Source: an uncultured SAR86 cluster bacterium
GTDB lineage: Bacteria > Pseudomonadota > Gammaproteobacteria > Magnimaribacterales > D2472
Assembly (NCBI GenBank): GCA_964275585.1
Contig: CAXYCJ010000011.1
Coordinates: forward strand, 16,270-80,269
Direction of reading: 5' to 3'
Length of the DNA: 64,000 nucleotides
Shown: one piece after another, positions 62,913 through 64,000 of the stretch
How the letters are laid out: every line of letters begins with the position of its first letter
Position numbering within the stretch: position 1 is the stretch's first letter
Made by a program: the position numbers and the translations under genes
The notes under the pieces: model-generated
Seen by the model: only the letters and a program-made list of their open reading frames with translations
What the model was told of the DNA's origin: nothing
Database searches by the model: none

Positions 62913-64000
62913 TTGACCGACCAGTCTCCCCCAGGGCAAAGCAGCACAGGACCATTGACCGGAATGGCCGCCCTCCGCTATCGCGACTTACAGTTGCTGA
63001 TTGTTGGCAAGGTTTTAGGCTGGATACCGCTTTATATGGTCCTGACCGCCATCGGCTACCAGGTTTATGATATCACCGGAAAAGTTGAAAATCTTGCCTA
63101 TATCGGCTTAGCAACCTTTGCGCCCGCAATCGGGCTATCTCTAATAACCGGATACGTCGCCGATCTATTTGACCGTAGGCTAGTCGTCGGCACTTGCTAT
63201 GCTATTGTTAGCTTTTCCGCAATTTTATTCCTCATGTGGTCATTGGGAGACCGTGCTGAAGTTTGGCCAGTCTTTGTAATTTTGCTCGTGCTCGGAACTG
63301 GAAGGGCCTTTTATCATCCAGCTGCAAACTCGTTGCTGCCTAACCTAGTCCCACCAGAGATATTTCCGAACGCCGTTGCCTGGCACACAAGTACCAATAA
63401 GATTGCGCAAACTGTCGGGCCAATGCTGGGTGGCTTGGTCTATCTTGCAGGGCCGGAGTATGTGTATGCCATTTCAGCCGGGGGTCTAGCGATAGGCACG
63501 ATCACGAGTTTCTTTATAAAAACCAAGACGAGCCGCGCTGGGAAGGAACCCACCAGCTGGAGAGTGCTCTTTGCCGGCCTGCGTTATGTTTATGACAAGA
63601 AAATAATTTTGGGCGCTATTACGCTTGATTTATTTGTGGTGTTGCTTGGGGGTGTCACCGCACTATTACCTGTCTTTGCTAAGGATATCCTGGATGTCGG
63701 ACCTGCCGGTGCGGGATTGCTTAGAGGTGCCATCGCTGCTGGTTCGTTGGCGACTGGGATCGCGTTGACCCGCATCAGCATGACCCGAGCTGTAGGCTCA
63801 ACGCTTTATATCAGTATTTTTGTATTTGGCGGTGCGACCATACTGTTTGGGATCTCCACTGTCCTTTGGCTTTCACTTGCAGCCATGGTGATTCTTGGCA
63901 TCGGCGATATGGTCAGCGTATATATCCGTGTCACGCTTATCCAGATTGCTACACCAGACGATATGCGTGGGCGCGTCAGCGCAGTAAATTCAGTTTTTAC
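62913..64000 (+). CDS. MFS transporter, runs off window
   Basis: Not in ORF track; AALRYRD, GYVADLFDRR, LLPNLVP..FPNAVA, LDLFVVLLGG. Start is TTG 62913 or ATG 62964. Confidence 0.88.
   Translation, partial: MTDQSPPGQSSTGPLTGMAALRYRDLQLLIVGKVLGWIPLYMVLTAIGYQVYDITGKVENLAYIGLATFAPAIGLSLITGYVADLFDRRLVVGTCYAIVSFSAILFLMWSLGDRAEVWPVFVILLVLGTGRAFYHPAANSLLPNLVPPEIFPNAVAWHTSTNKIAQTVGPMLGGLVYLAGPEYVYAISAGGLAIGTITSFFIKTKTSRAGKEPTSWRVLFAGLRYVYDKKIILGAITLDLFVVLLGGVTALLPVFAKDILDVGPAGAGLLRGAIAAGSLATGIALTRISMTRAVGSTLYISIFVFGGATILFGISTVLWLSLAAMVILGIGDMVSVYIRVTLIQIATPDDMRGRVSAVNSVF

Noticed and set aside
454-63781. Many short antisense or alternate-frame ORFs in the track (e.g. 3506-3844, 33688-34077, 41500-41997, 51977-52450)
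   Set aside because: They are shadows of well-supported genes with no recognisable motifs.
60026-64000. High-GC block as a genomic island
   Set aside because: The boundary is a synthetic adapter sequence, so a library chimera is far more likely.
1-64000. tRNA, rRNA, IS or prophage genes
   Set aside because: None recognised by eye; the intergenic gaps are short and AT-rich.

Overview
Bases 1-59,999 look like AT-rich, streamlined marine gammaproteobacterial chromosome (SAR86-like; inferred from gene content and compact synteny). Core genes: etfQO/etfBA, trmA, nfuA, mfd, long-form gap, nqrABCDEF-apbE-nqrM, aceA, purB, mnmA, icd, clpS, clpA and infA. There are also several acyl-CoA dehydrogenase pairs and a lipid/aromatic catabolic cluster at 47-60 kb. 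Three things stand out. (1) A canonical dif site (41187-41214) is followed by two direct-repeat dif-like sites that keep a perfect XerC arm but have degenerate XerD arms. They delimit small single-gene, recombinase-free cassettes, suggesting a XerCD/dif-based integron-like array. (2) An 8-gene envelope operon (7.7-16 kb) encodes a TolQ/ExbB-type channel, two vWA proteins each carrying an ExbD/MotB-like Asp-containing TM helix, and a PEGA/non-catalytic FGE-fold protein: a candidate ion-driven envelope machine. (3) A SMART/PacBio low-input adapter at 60000-60025 truncates genes on both sides, so 60026-64000 (GC-richer) is probably a library chimera from another genome. Four +1 frameshifts are probably read errors. 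All family assignments are from motif recognition; no database searches were run.
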